Origin: an uncultured beta proteobacterium | Lineage (GTDB): Bacteria; Pseudomonadota; Gammaproteobacteria; Burkholderiales; Thiobacillaceae | Reading direction: 5' to 3' | Assembly: GCA_963828945.1 (NCBI GenBank) | Contig: CAWHHA010000024.1 | Span: 29,586-93,585, forward strand | Length of the DNA: 64,000 nt | In this document: piece after piece, positions 56,273-64,000 of the stretch | How positions within the stretch are numbered: the stretch's first letter is position 1 | How the letters are laid out: every line of letters starts with the position of its first letter | Program-made: the position numbers and the translations under genes | The notes under the pieces: generated by a model | Databases searched by the model: none | Told to the model about the DNA's origin: nothing | The model's input: only the letters and a program-made list of their open reading frames with translations

Positions 56273-56300
56273 GGAACTCAGCGCCAATTTAGCACTCAAT
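56273..56300 (+). promoter_or_regulatory. Putative sigmaE promoter of rpoH
   Basis: GGAACTC-16nt-TCAAT, close to the sigmaE consensus GGAACTT-N16-TCAAA. Confidence 0.55.
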
Positions 56301-56315
56301 AGACACGAGTGCTAA
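56289..56315. promoter_or_regulatory. CIRCE element (HrcA operator)
   Basis: Perfect TTAGCACTC-N9-GAGTGCTAA, 26 nt before the rpoH ATG. Confidence 0.95.
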
Positions 56316-56341
56316 AATGAGAAACAGGAGGGAATATAACC

Positions 56342-57187
56342 ATGAGTCAATCCATGTCTTTACCTATACCTTCGGCGTATAGCCAGGAGAGCTATATCCA
56401 GACAGTTAACCGTTACCCCATGCTCAGTCTGGAAGACGAGCAGCGGCTGGCGCGCGCCTGGCACGACAAGGAAGACGTCGATGCCGCTCGCCAGTTGGTG
56501 GTGTCGCATCTGCGCGTGGTGGTGAGCGTGGCGCGGCATTATCTGGGATACGGCCTGCCGCATGCCGACCTCATCCAGGAAGGCAATGTCGGCCTGATGA
56601 AAGCAGTCAAACGTTTCGATCCTGATCGGGGTGTGCGTCTGGTGTCATTCGCGCTGCACTGGATCCGTGCCGAAATCCATGAATACGTGCTTAAGAACTG
56701 GCGCCTGGTCAAAGTGGCGACCACCAAATCGCAGCGCAAGCTGTTCTTCAACCTGCGCAGCCTGAAACAGTCGCTCAACAGCATGACACTGCAGGAAGCG
56801 GACGCCATGGCGCGCGAGCTCAACGTTAGCCGCAAGGACGTGCTGGAAATGGAAATGCGGATGTCGGGGCACGATGTCTCCATCGACCCCACATTCGATG
56901 ATGGTGAAGAGAGCTACAGCCCGCTGGCCTATCTGGCGAGTCCGGACGAAAACCCGGCGCAGTTGCTCGAACGCGAGCAAACTGAACAGTTGCGCCACAC
57001 CAGTCTGGTTGCGGCACTGGAAGACTTGGATGATCGCAGCCGCCACATCATCAAGGCACGCTGGCTGACCGAGGGCGAAGCCGCTACCCTGCACGAACTG
57101 GCTGCGCAATACGGCGTGTCGGCCGAGCGGATCCGGCAGATTGAAGCCCGCGCACTGCAAAAAATGCGGGCCGTGATTCCGGCGTAA
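56342..57187 (+). CDS. rpoH: RNA polymerase sigma factor RpoH (sigma32)
   Basis: RpoH box QRKLFFNLR, DLIQEGNVGLMKAV, VSAERIRQIE. Confidence 0.98.
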   Translation: MSQSMSLPIPSAYSQESYIQTVNRYPMLSLEDEQRLARAWHDKEDVDAARQLVVSHLRVVVSVARHYLGYGLPHADLIQEGNVGLMKAVKRFDPDRGVRLVSFALHWIRAEIHEYVLKNWRLVKVATTKSQRKLFFNLRSLKQSLNSMTLQEADAMARELNVSRKDVLEMEMRMSGHDVSIDPTFDDGEESYSPLAYLASPDENPAQLLEREQTEQLRHTSLVAALEDLDDRSRHIIKARWLTEGEAATLHELAAQYGVSAERIRQIEARALQKMRAVIPA

Positions 57188-57199
57188 GCGCGCGACTGA

Positions 57200-57251
57200 C
57201 CCAACAAAAAGCCCCCGCCACTTTGTAAAGTGGCGGGGGCTTTTTGTTGGG
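57200..57251. terminator. Bidirectional intrinsic terminator (rpoH and cco cluster)
   Basis: 25-bp perfect inverted repeat with A and T tracts between convergent genes. Confidence 0.9.
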
Positions 57252-57267
57252 GCTTAACTGTTGTGGT

Positions 57268-57375
57268 TCAGAAAAACGATGCAATCAGCACCGAAAGCAC
57301 GCTAATCCATGCCCAGAGAATCAGGCCAACCACCAGCACCATCGGAAAACCCTGGAAAGTCATCAGTTGTTTCAT
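57268..57375 (-). CDS. 35-aa hydrophobic small protein, hypothetical
   Basis: MKQLMTFQGFPMVLVVGLILWAWISVLSVLIASFF*, GGAG RBS 8 nt upstream, lies between ccoS and the terminator. Confidence 0.6.
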   Translation of the reverse strand: MKQLMTFQGFPMVLVVGLILWAWISVLSVLIASFF

Positions 57376-57410
57376 ATCGCGTACTCCAATCAAAGTTAAT
57401 GAATTTTAAT

Positions 57411-57596
57411 TTACTTATCTTCGCTGCTCAAGCGGCGCGTCGGTAACCGGGGGTCGTCGTCGTCCATCAAAATTCGCTCTGCAGGGCCTTCCATATCGTC
57501 GAACTGGCCACTTTTGATCGACCAGAACACGCCCACAATAATCAGCAGCACAAAAATTCCGGACAGCATAAAAAGAAACCCCATGATGCCGTTCAT
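57411..57596 (-). CDS. ccoS: cbb3 oxidase maturation protein CcoS
   Basis: TM segment plus FWSIKSGQFDDMEGPAERILMDDD. Confidence 0.93.
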   Translation of the reverse strand: MNGIMGFLFMLSGIFVLLIIVGVFWSIKSGQFDDMEGPAERILMDDDDPRLPTRRLSSEDK

Positions 57597-58369
57597 GGTG
57601 CCGCCAGTTCCTGAATGCTGTGGTAATGCAGCTTGCCGTCCTGCATCAGTCTCGTTTCAACCAGCCAACGCCCCGTAGCAGGCAACGTCAGCACGCCCGA
57701 ATAGACGCCAGCCTCTACTGCCGGCAGCGGCAGGGTCAAGGTTGGCTCGGTCACCCCCGGGCGCAACAGGCGAATCTCCGCATCCACCCGCTCAACCGGC
57801 AAACCGGTGCGATCCTTGATGCGGACCAGGATCAGACTCGCCTTGTCAATGCTTTCCAGCCCGGACACCTCAACCTGCCAACCCAGCTGCAATTCACGGT
57901 GCGCCTCGCTCAATTCGGACGACACCGCTTTCGCCGCATTTTCGCCGTGCGGAACCACCCCGGAAAACCCGCTGTAGACCGGACCACCATGGCTGCCCAA
58001 CCACCAGCGCGCAATCGGCTCGGGCAGGCCTTTGGTCGCGATTTGCAGCAGCGCAGCGTTGAGAAAAACCAGACCGATAAAGAAAGCAATCAACAGTTTG
58101 GGCACCCAGTGCATGCGTTCGCCACCACGCCGGCGGAACTGCGTCATGGCAAACAGCACCAGCGCCGTCGCGGAAAACACAGAGATGTGCATGGCCACGA
58201 CATCCAGCCCCGGCCAGCGACCGACAATCAGGACGAAGTAGGCCATCAGCGGGATCACCCCAGCCAGCACAGCACGCAACATCGGCGGCAGGCTCCGGAA
58301 CAAGCCACCGATGGCGTACAGCGCAAGCACGGCGATCAAACCGCCGAACAAAGTGGTCATCGTAGTCAT
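57593..58369 (-). CDS. ccoH: FixH/CcoH protein with N-terminal membrane extension
   Basis: FixH-like QLGWQV...LLRP...GVYSG...GRW; position after ccoG. Confidence 0.8.
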   Translation of the reverse strand: MTTMTTLFGGLIAVLALYAIGGLFRSLPPMLRAVLAGVIPLMAYFVLIVGRWPGLDVVAMHISVFSATALVLFAMTQFRRRGGERMHWVPKLLIAFFIGLVFLNAALLQIATKGLPEPIARWWLGSHGGPVYSGFSGVVPHGENAAKAVSSELSEAHRELQLGWQVEVSGLESIDKASLILVRIKDRTGLPVERVDAEIRLLRPGVTEPTLTLPLPAVEAGVYSGVLTLPATGRWLVETRLMQDGKLHYHSIQELAAP

Positions 58370-59889
58370 GGGCGCAGGCTCGGTGTATCGAAACGAATCA
58401 CTTCCGCGCGCGTCTCTGCGGGTTTGCCCATTGGCGTGATGAGTATCTCGAAATGCTGGGTTTGTGCCGCCAGCGCGGGCGAAAGCCGCACACTGGCCTG
58501 CACCATGCCGCTATGGCCCGGCTTGATGGTGATTTCGCGGAAATGACCGACATCAAGCGCGGATGCAGGGATGCCGCGCGCGCTGATCTGATAGGTTTGA
58601 TCTTCGGCCGCCTTGTTGGTGATGCGAATCTGGTAACGGTTGCGGATATCACCATTCGACAGCACGACATACAGCGGCTGGCGAATCTGGCTGACCGCAC
58701 GGTCAAAGCTGCCGCGCGTGCTGATGCTGTAGACCAGGTAAGCACTCATCAAGACGAGTGCTGCCCCGTAGCCGATAATTTTCAGCCGTTTCCACTCCAG
58801 CCTGGGTGCGGCGGGCGTAGCTGAAGCCAGGTTTTTCTCCGAATCGTAGCGAATGAGACCACGCGGAAAGTTGAACGAGTCCATGATGGTGTTGCAGGCA
58901 TCAATGCACAGGCCACACGAAATGCATTTGTATTGCAGGCCGTCCCGGATATCGATCCCGACCGGACACACCTGCACGCACAGGCCGCAGTCGATGCAAT
59001 CACCCAAGCCCTGCTCATGCCGCTCGGCCAGCGCACGCTCACCCGAGTTGCGGTTCACGCGCCGACGCTCCTCCATCACCGTCGCTTCGGCGCGCTCGCG
59101 TGACCGCCGCTCCACCACGATGCCGCGACCGGCACGCACGCTCGCCCGCCCGTGTGCGCCTTCGCCACGCTTGGCGTCGTAATGCACGGCAAGCGTCTCG
59201 GCTTCGTACATCACGCTCTGGAAACGGCCATACGGACAAATATAGGTGCAGATTTGCTCGCGCATCAGGCCGGCGGCGGCATAGGTCGCCAGCGTGAGCG
59301 CCGTGACCGTAATGTATGCGGCCGCAGCAGCCTGGCCGGTAAAAAAGTCCACCACCAGTTGCGGCGCGTAAGCAAAATAGGCGGCAAAGGTCAGCCCCGT
59401 CCAGAACGAAGCCAGCAGCCAAAGCGCGTGGGTGGCACCGATCTTGAGCAGCTTTTCGCGATTCCACGGTTGCCGGAACAGGCGCACCCGCGCCGGACGC
59501 TCTCCCTGAATTTTGTATTCGATCCAGATGAAGAAATCCGTCCACAGGGTCTGAAAGCAGAAATAGCCGCAAAATGCGCGCCCTACCAGACCGGTGACGA
59601 AGAACAACAGGATGGCCGCAATAAACAGCAGCAACGCCAGCCAGATCACATCCTGCGGATACACCGTCAGCCCGAAAATCAGAAATCGGCGGCCCAGCAC
59701 ATCAAACAATACAGCTTGCGACGGCGCATCCAGTCGTGACCACGGCACCCATGGCAGCAGGAAAAAAATGCTATACGCCAACACCAGCACCGCCGTCTTG
59801 AAACGCCGGAATCGCCCCTTCACCGAGCGGGTGAAAATGGGAATACGTTTTTGATAGAGCCCTAGCTGGTCTTCTAAGCCTGTTTGCAT
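58366..59889 (-). CDS. ccoG: cbb3 oxidase accessory protein CcoG
   Basis: GRAFCGYFCFQT, REQICTYICPYGRFQS, CIDCGLCVQVCP, CISCGLCIDAC. Confidence 0.96.
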   Translation of the reverse strand: MQTGLEDQLGLYQKRIPIFTRSVKGRFRRFKTAVLVLAYSIFFLLPWVPWSRLDAPSQAVLFDVLGRRFLIFGLTVYPQDVIWLALLLFIAAILLFFVTGLVGRAFCGYFCFQTLWTDFFIWIEYKIQGERPARVRLFRQPWNREKLLKIGATHALWLLASFWTGLTFAAYFAYAPQLVVDFFTGQAAAAAYITVTALTLATYAAAGLMREQICTYICPYGRFQSVMYEAETLAVHYDAKRGEGAHGRASVRAGRGIVVERRSRERAEATVMEERRRVNRNSGERALAERHEQGLGDCIDCGLCVQVCPVGIDIRDGLQYKCISCGLCIDACNTIMDSFNFPRGLIRYDSEKNLASATPAAPRLEWKRLKIIGYGAALVLMSAYLVYSISTRGSFDRAVSQIRQPLYVVLSNGDIRNRYQIRITNKAAEDQTYQISARGIPASALDVGHFREITIKPGHSGMVQASVRLSPALAAQTQHFEILITPMGKPAETRAEVIRFDTPSLRP

Positions 59890-59912
59890 AATGTGGTCGC
59901 TGGGTAAGGGGG

Positions 59913-59946
59913 AAGCAAAAGCCCCCGTGAACGGGGGCTTTTGCTT
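59913..59946 (-). terminator. Intrinsic terminator after ccoP
   Basis: AAGCAAAAGCCCCCGT-TC-ACGGGGGCTTTTGCTT. Confidence 0.85.
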
Positions 59947-59963
59947 AATTCAGTCTGGCAGGC

Positions 59964-60884
59964 TTATACCCCACCGCCCAGATCATGAACGTAGACCGTC
60001 AACACCTTGATTTGTTCCGGCGACAGGCGTCCGCCCCATGCCGGCATCACGCCCTTGGCAAGACCACCGGAGATGACCGTGCGAATCGCCGCAACCTTGC
60101 CTTCGCCAGAGGGCGCTGCAGCCACGCCTGCCCACAGCCAGATGCCATCAGTCAGGTTGGGCGCGCCAATTTCCTTGCGGCCTTTCGCATCCACACCGTG
60201 GCAGTAATAACAGGCGGCGGTCTCGCTGTGAAACAGGACATCACCCGCTTTGGCCTTGGCTGCGTCATGCGCGATTCCAGACAGGCTGGCGACATAGTTA
60301 GCCAGATCACTGATCTGCGCGCCCGACAGCACCTCGCCGAAGCTCGGCATGTAGCCCCGACGCCCATTGACCAGCGTCTGATGAATCTGCTCGTACGAAC
60401 CGCCATAGAGCCAGTCGTCATCGGTCAGATTGGGGAAGAACCCCACCACGCCCTGGCCGCCAGCCTGGTGACAGGCTGCGCAGTTGTCTGCGAACAAGGC
60501 CTTGCCCGAGGACAAAATGAACGCGGTAATCTCGGGATCATGAGAGATCTGCTCATAGGACATCGACTGAACTTTGTCGAAATAGGGCTTTTGCGCAACG
60601 GCCGCCTTGTTCATGTCTTCCAGAAACAGTGCGCGGGTATTCCAGCTGTGCGTTTTGGTTTCGCCTGCGCTATTGACGTAGGTGATGTCCGACAAGCCAC
60701 CAATCCAGCCTTTACCGAACGGCCACGAAGGGTAGATGGTCCAGTACACAATGGCAAAAATAAAGGTGGCATAGAAGGTGTAGACCCACCATACCGGCAA
60801 CGGGTTGTTGTATTCCTGCAGGTCACCGTCCCAGGCATGGCCTGTGGTTTGCACGGTTTGAGATTGTAGTTTTTGCTCGCTCAT
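59964..60884 (-). CDS. ccoP: cbb3 cytochrome c oxidase subunit III (dihaem)
   Basis: TTGHAWDGDLQEYNNPLPVWW, CAACH, CYYCH, MPAW. Confidence 0.97.
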   Translation of the reverse strand: MSEQKLQSQTVQTTGHAWDGDLQEYNNPLPVWWVYTFYATFIFAIVYWTIYPSWPFGKGWIGGLSDITYVNSAGETKTHSWNTRALFLEDMNKAAVAQKPYFDKVQSMSYEQISHDPEITAFILSSGKALFADNCAACHQAGGQGVVGFFPNLTDDDWLYGGSYEQIHQTLVNGRRGYMPSFGEVLSGAQISDLANYVASLSGIAHDAAKAKAGDVLFHSETAACYYCHGVDAKGRKEIGAPNLTDGIWLWAGVAAAPSGEGKVAAIRTVISGGLAKGVMPAWGGRLSPEQIKVLTVYVHDLGGGV

Positions 60885-61090
60885 TGCTTGTCCTTCGTGT
60901 CTTTTTGATCGCCTAGATTCTCACCCTGCTGCTCGTCCAGAAACGGTATGTCGCGGTAGGACTCGAGCCGCTTGCTGCGCTTTTTGCTGCCGTAAACGTA
61001 GAGCACAATGCTGACAAAGGTGACGAAAAATATAATCAGCGCCACAGGCTTGGTGTTTTCAGGTTTTGAGAACCACATCAACCATTCCAT
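60881..61090 (-). CDS. ccoQ: cbb3 oxidase subunit IV
   Basis: Single TM plus IPFLDE; between ccoO and ccoP. Confidence 0.9.
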   Translation of the reverse strand: MEWLMWFSKPENTKPVALIIFFVTFVSIVLYVYGSKKRSKRLESYRDIPFLDEQQGENLGDQKDTKDKQ

Positions 61091-61114
61091 GTTCAGCCTC
61101 CCAGCCGATTGCGA

Positions 61115-61861
61115 TCAGCGGTCATTGACGAATGCGTCGTCGTTGTATTTGCTGAAATCAACCATGGTGCCCAGTACCTGCAGATAAGCCACCAGCGCGT
61201 CCATCTCGGAAATGCCTGAGCGGTCGCCGTCATAGTTGCCGAAGTTGGCCTGCTCAAGCAGGTTTTTTTGCGCGTCGGGGATATGCAGCAGCGGCGCAAC
61301 CGTCTCGCCGAACTTGGCCACGTTGGCTTTGTATTCTTCCTGGGACAGCGAATACGGTACGCCGACTTTGCGCAGGGCCTTCATGCGATCGGCCGTGTCA
61401 GAAATATCCAGCTTTGTCGACAGCAGCCAGGGGTAATTCGGCATCACCGACTCAGGCACCATCGAACGCGGCGCGACCAAATGCTGAACCTGCCATTCGT
61501 TCGAGTATTTGCCACCTACACGCGCCAGATCCGGACCGGTACGCTTGGAGCCCCACTGGAACGGGTGATCGTACTGCGATTCGGCTGCCAGCGAATAATG
61601 GCCATAGCGCAGTTTCTCGTCGCGGAACGGACGGATCATCTGCGAATGGCACAGATAGCAGCCCTCGCGGACATAGATGTCACGACCACGCTGTTCCAGC
61701 GGCGTGTAGGGGCGCACACCCTCGACTTTTTCGATGGTTTTGTCGATGAAGAACAGGGGCGCGATTTCCACCAAGCCACCCACGCTGATCGCCAGCATGG
61801 TCAACACGGCCATCAGGCCGATGTTGGTTTCAATCCATTCGTGTTTGAAGTTGAAGTTCAT
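61115..61861 (-). CDS. ccoO: cbb3 cytochrome c oxidase subunit II
   Basis: [27 protein letters not shown]. Confidence 0.98.
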   Translation of the reverse strand: MNFNFKHEWIETNIGLMAVLTMLAISVGGLVEIAPLFFIDKTIEKVEGVRPYTPLEQRGRDIYVREGCYLCHSQMIRPFRDEKLRYGHYSLAAESQYDHPFQWGSKRTGPDLARVGGKYSNEWQVQHLVAPRSMVPESVMPNYPWLLSTKLDISDTADRMKALRKVGVPYSLSQEEYKANVAKFGETVAPLLHIPDAQKNLLEQANFGNYDGDRSGISEMDALVAYLQVLGTMVDFSKYNDDAFVNDR

Positions 61862-61877
61862 TATTTAATTCCCTGAA

Positions 61878-63332
61878 TCAGGCACGCGCCAACTTCGCGG
61901 CCAGTTTGGCTTCCAGCACGGCGTTCTCCAGCTTGGACTGGCGAATGGTCATGAGCGAGTTGAACAGCATCAGCACCGCACCGGTGAGGAAGAACATGCC
62001 ACCGATCGCACGCATCGCGTAGAACGGCATCATCGCGGCGACCGATTCGGCGAACGAGTACTGCAGGTTGCCGAATTCGTCAAACGAACGCCACATCAGA
62101 CCCTGGGTAATGCCGGAAATCCACATGGCAACGATGTACAGCACGATGCCTATGGTGGCCAGCCAGAAGTGCCATTCAACCAGTTTCTGGCTATACATCT
62201 TGGTATCCCACAGCTTCGGAATCATGTGATACAGCGAACCGAAGGAAATCATCGCGACCCAGCCCAGCGCGCCCGAGTGCACGTGACCCACGGTCCAGTC
62301 GGTGTAGTGCGACAGCGCGTTGACTTCCTTCAGCGACATCATCGGGCCTTCAAAGGTCGACATGCCATAGAACGACAGTGCGACGATCATGAAGCGCATC
62401 ACCGGGTCGGTGCGCATTTTGTCCCACGCGCCCGACAGGGTCATGATGCCGTTGATCATGCCGCCCCACGAAGGCATTAGCAGAAGAATTGAGAAGGCAG
62501 CGGCCAAGGACGAGGTCCAGTCCGGCAGCGCAGTCCAGTGCAGGTGATGCGCACCCACCCACATGTACATGAAGCCCAGCGCCCAGAAGTGGACGATAGA
62601 CAGACGATACGAGTAAATCGGGCGCCCGGCCTGCTTCGGTACAAAGTAATACATCATGCCGAGGAAGGCGGCGGTGAGGAAGAAGCCCACCGCGTTGTGG
62701 CCATACCACCACTGAGTCATCGCATCCTGGGTGCCAGCAAACAGGCTGTAGGATTTCATCGAGAACAGGTTGACGGGCATTGCAAGGTTGTTGAAGGTGT
62801 GCAACAGCGCCGTCGCCAGAATGAACGCCAGGTAGAACCAGTTGGCAACGTAGATGTGCGGCTGCTTGCGGCGCATGATGGTGCCGACGAACAGGATCAG
62901 GTAGGTCACCCACACCACCTCGATCAACAGATCGATCGGCCACTCCATTTCGGCGTATTCACGACCTTGCGAATAGCCCATGACATACGACAGTGCCGCC
63001 GTGACGATAATGGTTTGCCAACCCCAGAAGGTAAAGCTGGCCATGCCATCTGAAATCAGGCGGGTCTGACAGGTGCGCTGAACCACGTAATAGGACGTGG
63101 CAAACAAAGCCGAACCGCCGAAGCCGAAGATGACCGCGCTGGTGTGAACCGGGCGGAAACGGCCAAACGAGAAATAAGGGCTGTCGAAGTTGAGAAACGG
63201 CCATGCCAGCTCGGAAGCGATATACACGCCAACGAACATGCCAACGACCGCCCAAACCAGCGACATTACGGCGAATTTCTTAACAATATCAAAATTGTAT
63301 TGCTCCGCCCCGGAATAGGTTGTTACCGCCAT
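61878..63332 (-). CDS. ccoN: cbb3 cytochrome c oxidase subunit I
   Basis: [31 protein letters not shown]. Confidence 0.98.
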   Translation of the reverse strand: MAVTTYSGAEQYNFDIVKKFAVMSLVWAVVGMFVGVYIASELAWPFLNFDSPYFSFGRFRPVHTSAVIFGFGGSALFATSYYVVQRTCQTRLISDGMASFTFWGWQTIIVTAALSYVMGYSQGREYAEMEWPIDLLIEVVWVTYLILFVGTIMRRKQPHIYVANWFYLAFILATALLHTFNNLAMPVNLFSMKSYSLFAGTQDAMTQWWYGHNAVGFFLTAAFLGMMYYFVPKQAGRPIYSYRLSIVHFWALGFMYMWVGAHHLHWTALPDWTSSLAAAFSILLLMPSWGGMINGIMTLSGAWDKMRTDPVMRFMIVALSFYGMSTFEGPMMSLKEVNALSHYTDWTVGHVHSGALGWVAMISFGSLYHMIPKLWDTKMYSQKLVEWHFWLATIGIVLYIVAMWISGITQGLMWRSFDEFGNLQYSFAESVAAMMPFYAMRAIGGMFFLTGAVLMLFNSLMTIRQSKLENAVLEAKLAAKLARA

Positions 63333-63408
63333 CGACCGCTCCTATCAAACCAAAATAGCGCAAACCACCGCGCTCAAACAGCATATGCTTATATTAAAAA
63401 ACTGCGGG

Positions 63409-63438
63409 ATTATATGACAGCCTGCGCGCACGCTGCAA
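63409..63438 (-). promoter_or_regulatory. Putative sigma70 promoter of ccoN
   Basis: TTGCAG-18nt-TATAAT about 75 nt upstream of ccoN. Confidence 0.55.
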
Positions 63439-63452
63439 GGAACCAAACCTGT

Positions 63453-64000
63453 TCAGGATGATTCCAGCAAGGCTTTCAAATCGTGTGCAATCAGATCCGG
63501 ACTGCTACCGTATGGGATCAGCAAGCGCAAACGTCCTTTGGCATCATAGACATACGATCCCGCGCTGTGATCAATCAAATAGTTGTCCACGCCTTTCACA
63601 GAAGTCTTTTGATAGACGACTTTGTATTCTTTAGCTATATCTTTCAGGTTCTCAGCGTCGGTAACCATCCCCAAAAACCGGGGATCAAAGGCGGGCACAA
63701 ACAATTTCAATAGCGCTGGCGTATCCCGCTGCGGATCAACCGTCACGAAAAGCACCTGTACCTGATCGGACAATGGACCCAGCTGCTTCAATGCGGTTGC
63801 AAAATCCGACAAGGTGGTAGGGCACACGTCCGGGCAATGGGTATAGCCAAAAAAAATGGCCACCACCTTGCCCTTGAAACTCGCCAGCGTACGGGGCTGG
63901 CCGTTGTGATCGGTCAGTTTGAAATCACGGGCGAAAGCCGCGCCCGTAATGTCGGTCGCCTGAAACACCGGGGCTTGTGGAGCAGGCTGACAAGCAACCA
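63453..64000 (-). CDS. SCO1/SenC copper chaperone (5' end beyond the window)
   Basis: FFGYTHCPDVCPTT (CxxxC), TVDPQRD, IDHSAG; frame stays open to the edge with lipobox-like VAC. Confidence 0.93.
   Translation of the reverse strand, partial: VACQPAPQAPVFQATDITGAAFARDFKLTDHNGQPRTLASFKGKVVAIFFGYTHCPDVCPTTLSDFATALKQLGPLSDQVQVLFVTVDPQRDTPALLKLFVPAFDPRFLGMVTDAENLKDIAKEYKVVYQKTSVKGVDNYLIDHSAGSYVYDAKGRLRLLIPYGSSPDLIAHDLKALLESS

Noticed and set aside
57200-57251. MITE or REP element
   Set aside because: Single copy in the window with A/T tracts between convergent genes; fully explained as a bidirectional terminator

Overview
This is a betaproteobacterial core-genome region; gene content and order look Thiobacillus-like (inference). 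Most of it is the minus-strand translation/transcription supercluster: tRNA-Tyr/Gly/Thr, tuf, tRNA-Trp, secE, nusG, rplKAJL, rpoBC, rpsLG, fusA, tuf and the S10, spc and alpha operons. To its left are an RND adaptor, a MOFRL glycerate kinase and a DUF62 SAM hydrolase. To its right are ychF-pth-rplY-prs-tRNA-Gln-ispE-lolB-TPR, a TolC/MacA/split-MacB exporter, mutM, a dynamin-like GTPase, yfhL-coaD-rsmD, two M16 peptidases, ftsYEX-rpoH, a cbb3 oxidase cluster (ccoNOQP-GH-S, no ccoI) and an SCO gene. I saw no mobile element, CRISPR array or defence island, and I cannot support a whole new multi-gene system. The best leads are an unannotated 35-aa membrane microprotein ending the cco cluster, a CIRCE overlapping a sigmaE-like promoter of rpoH, a possible eroded infA between secY and rpmJ, a structured internal leader before rplC, an Arg-rich tandem insert in CcoG and a solo dynamin-like protein next to mutM. 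Four essential genes (rpsN, rplN, rpoB, secE) carry single-base frameshifts that are most likely sequencing or consensus errors.
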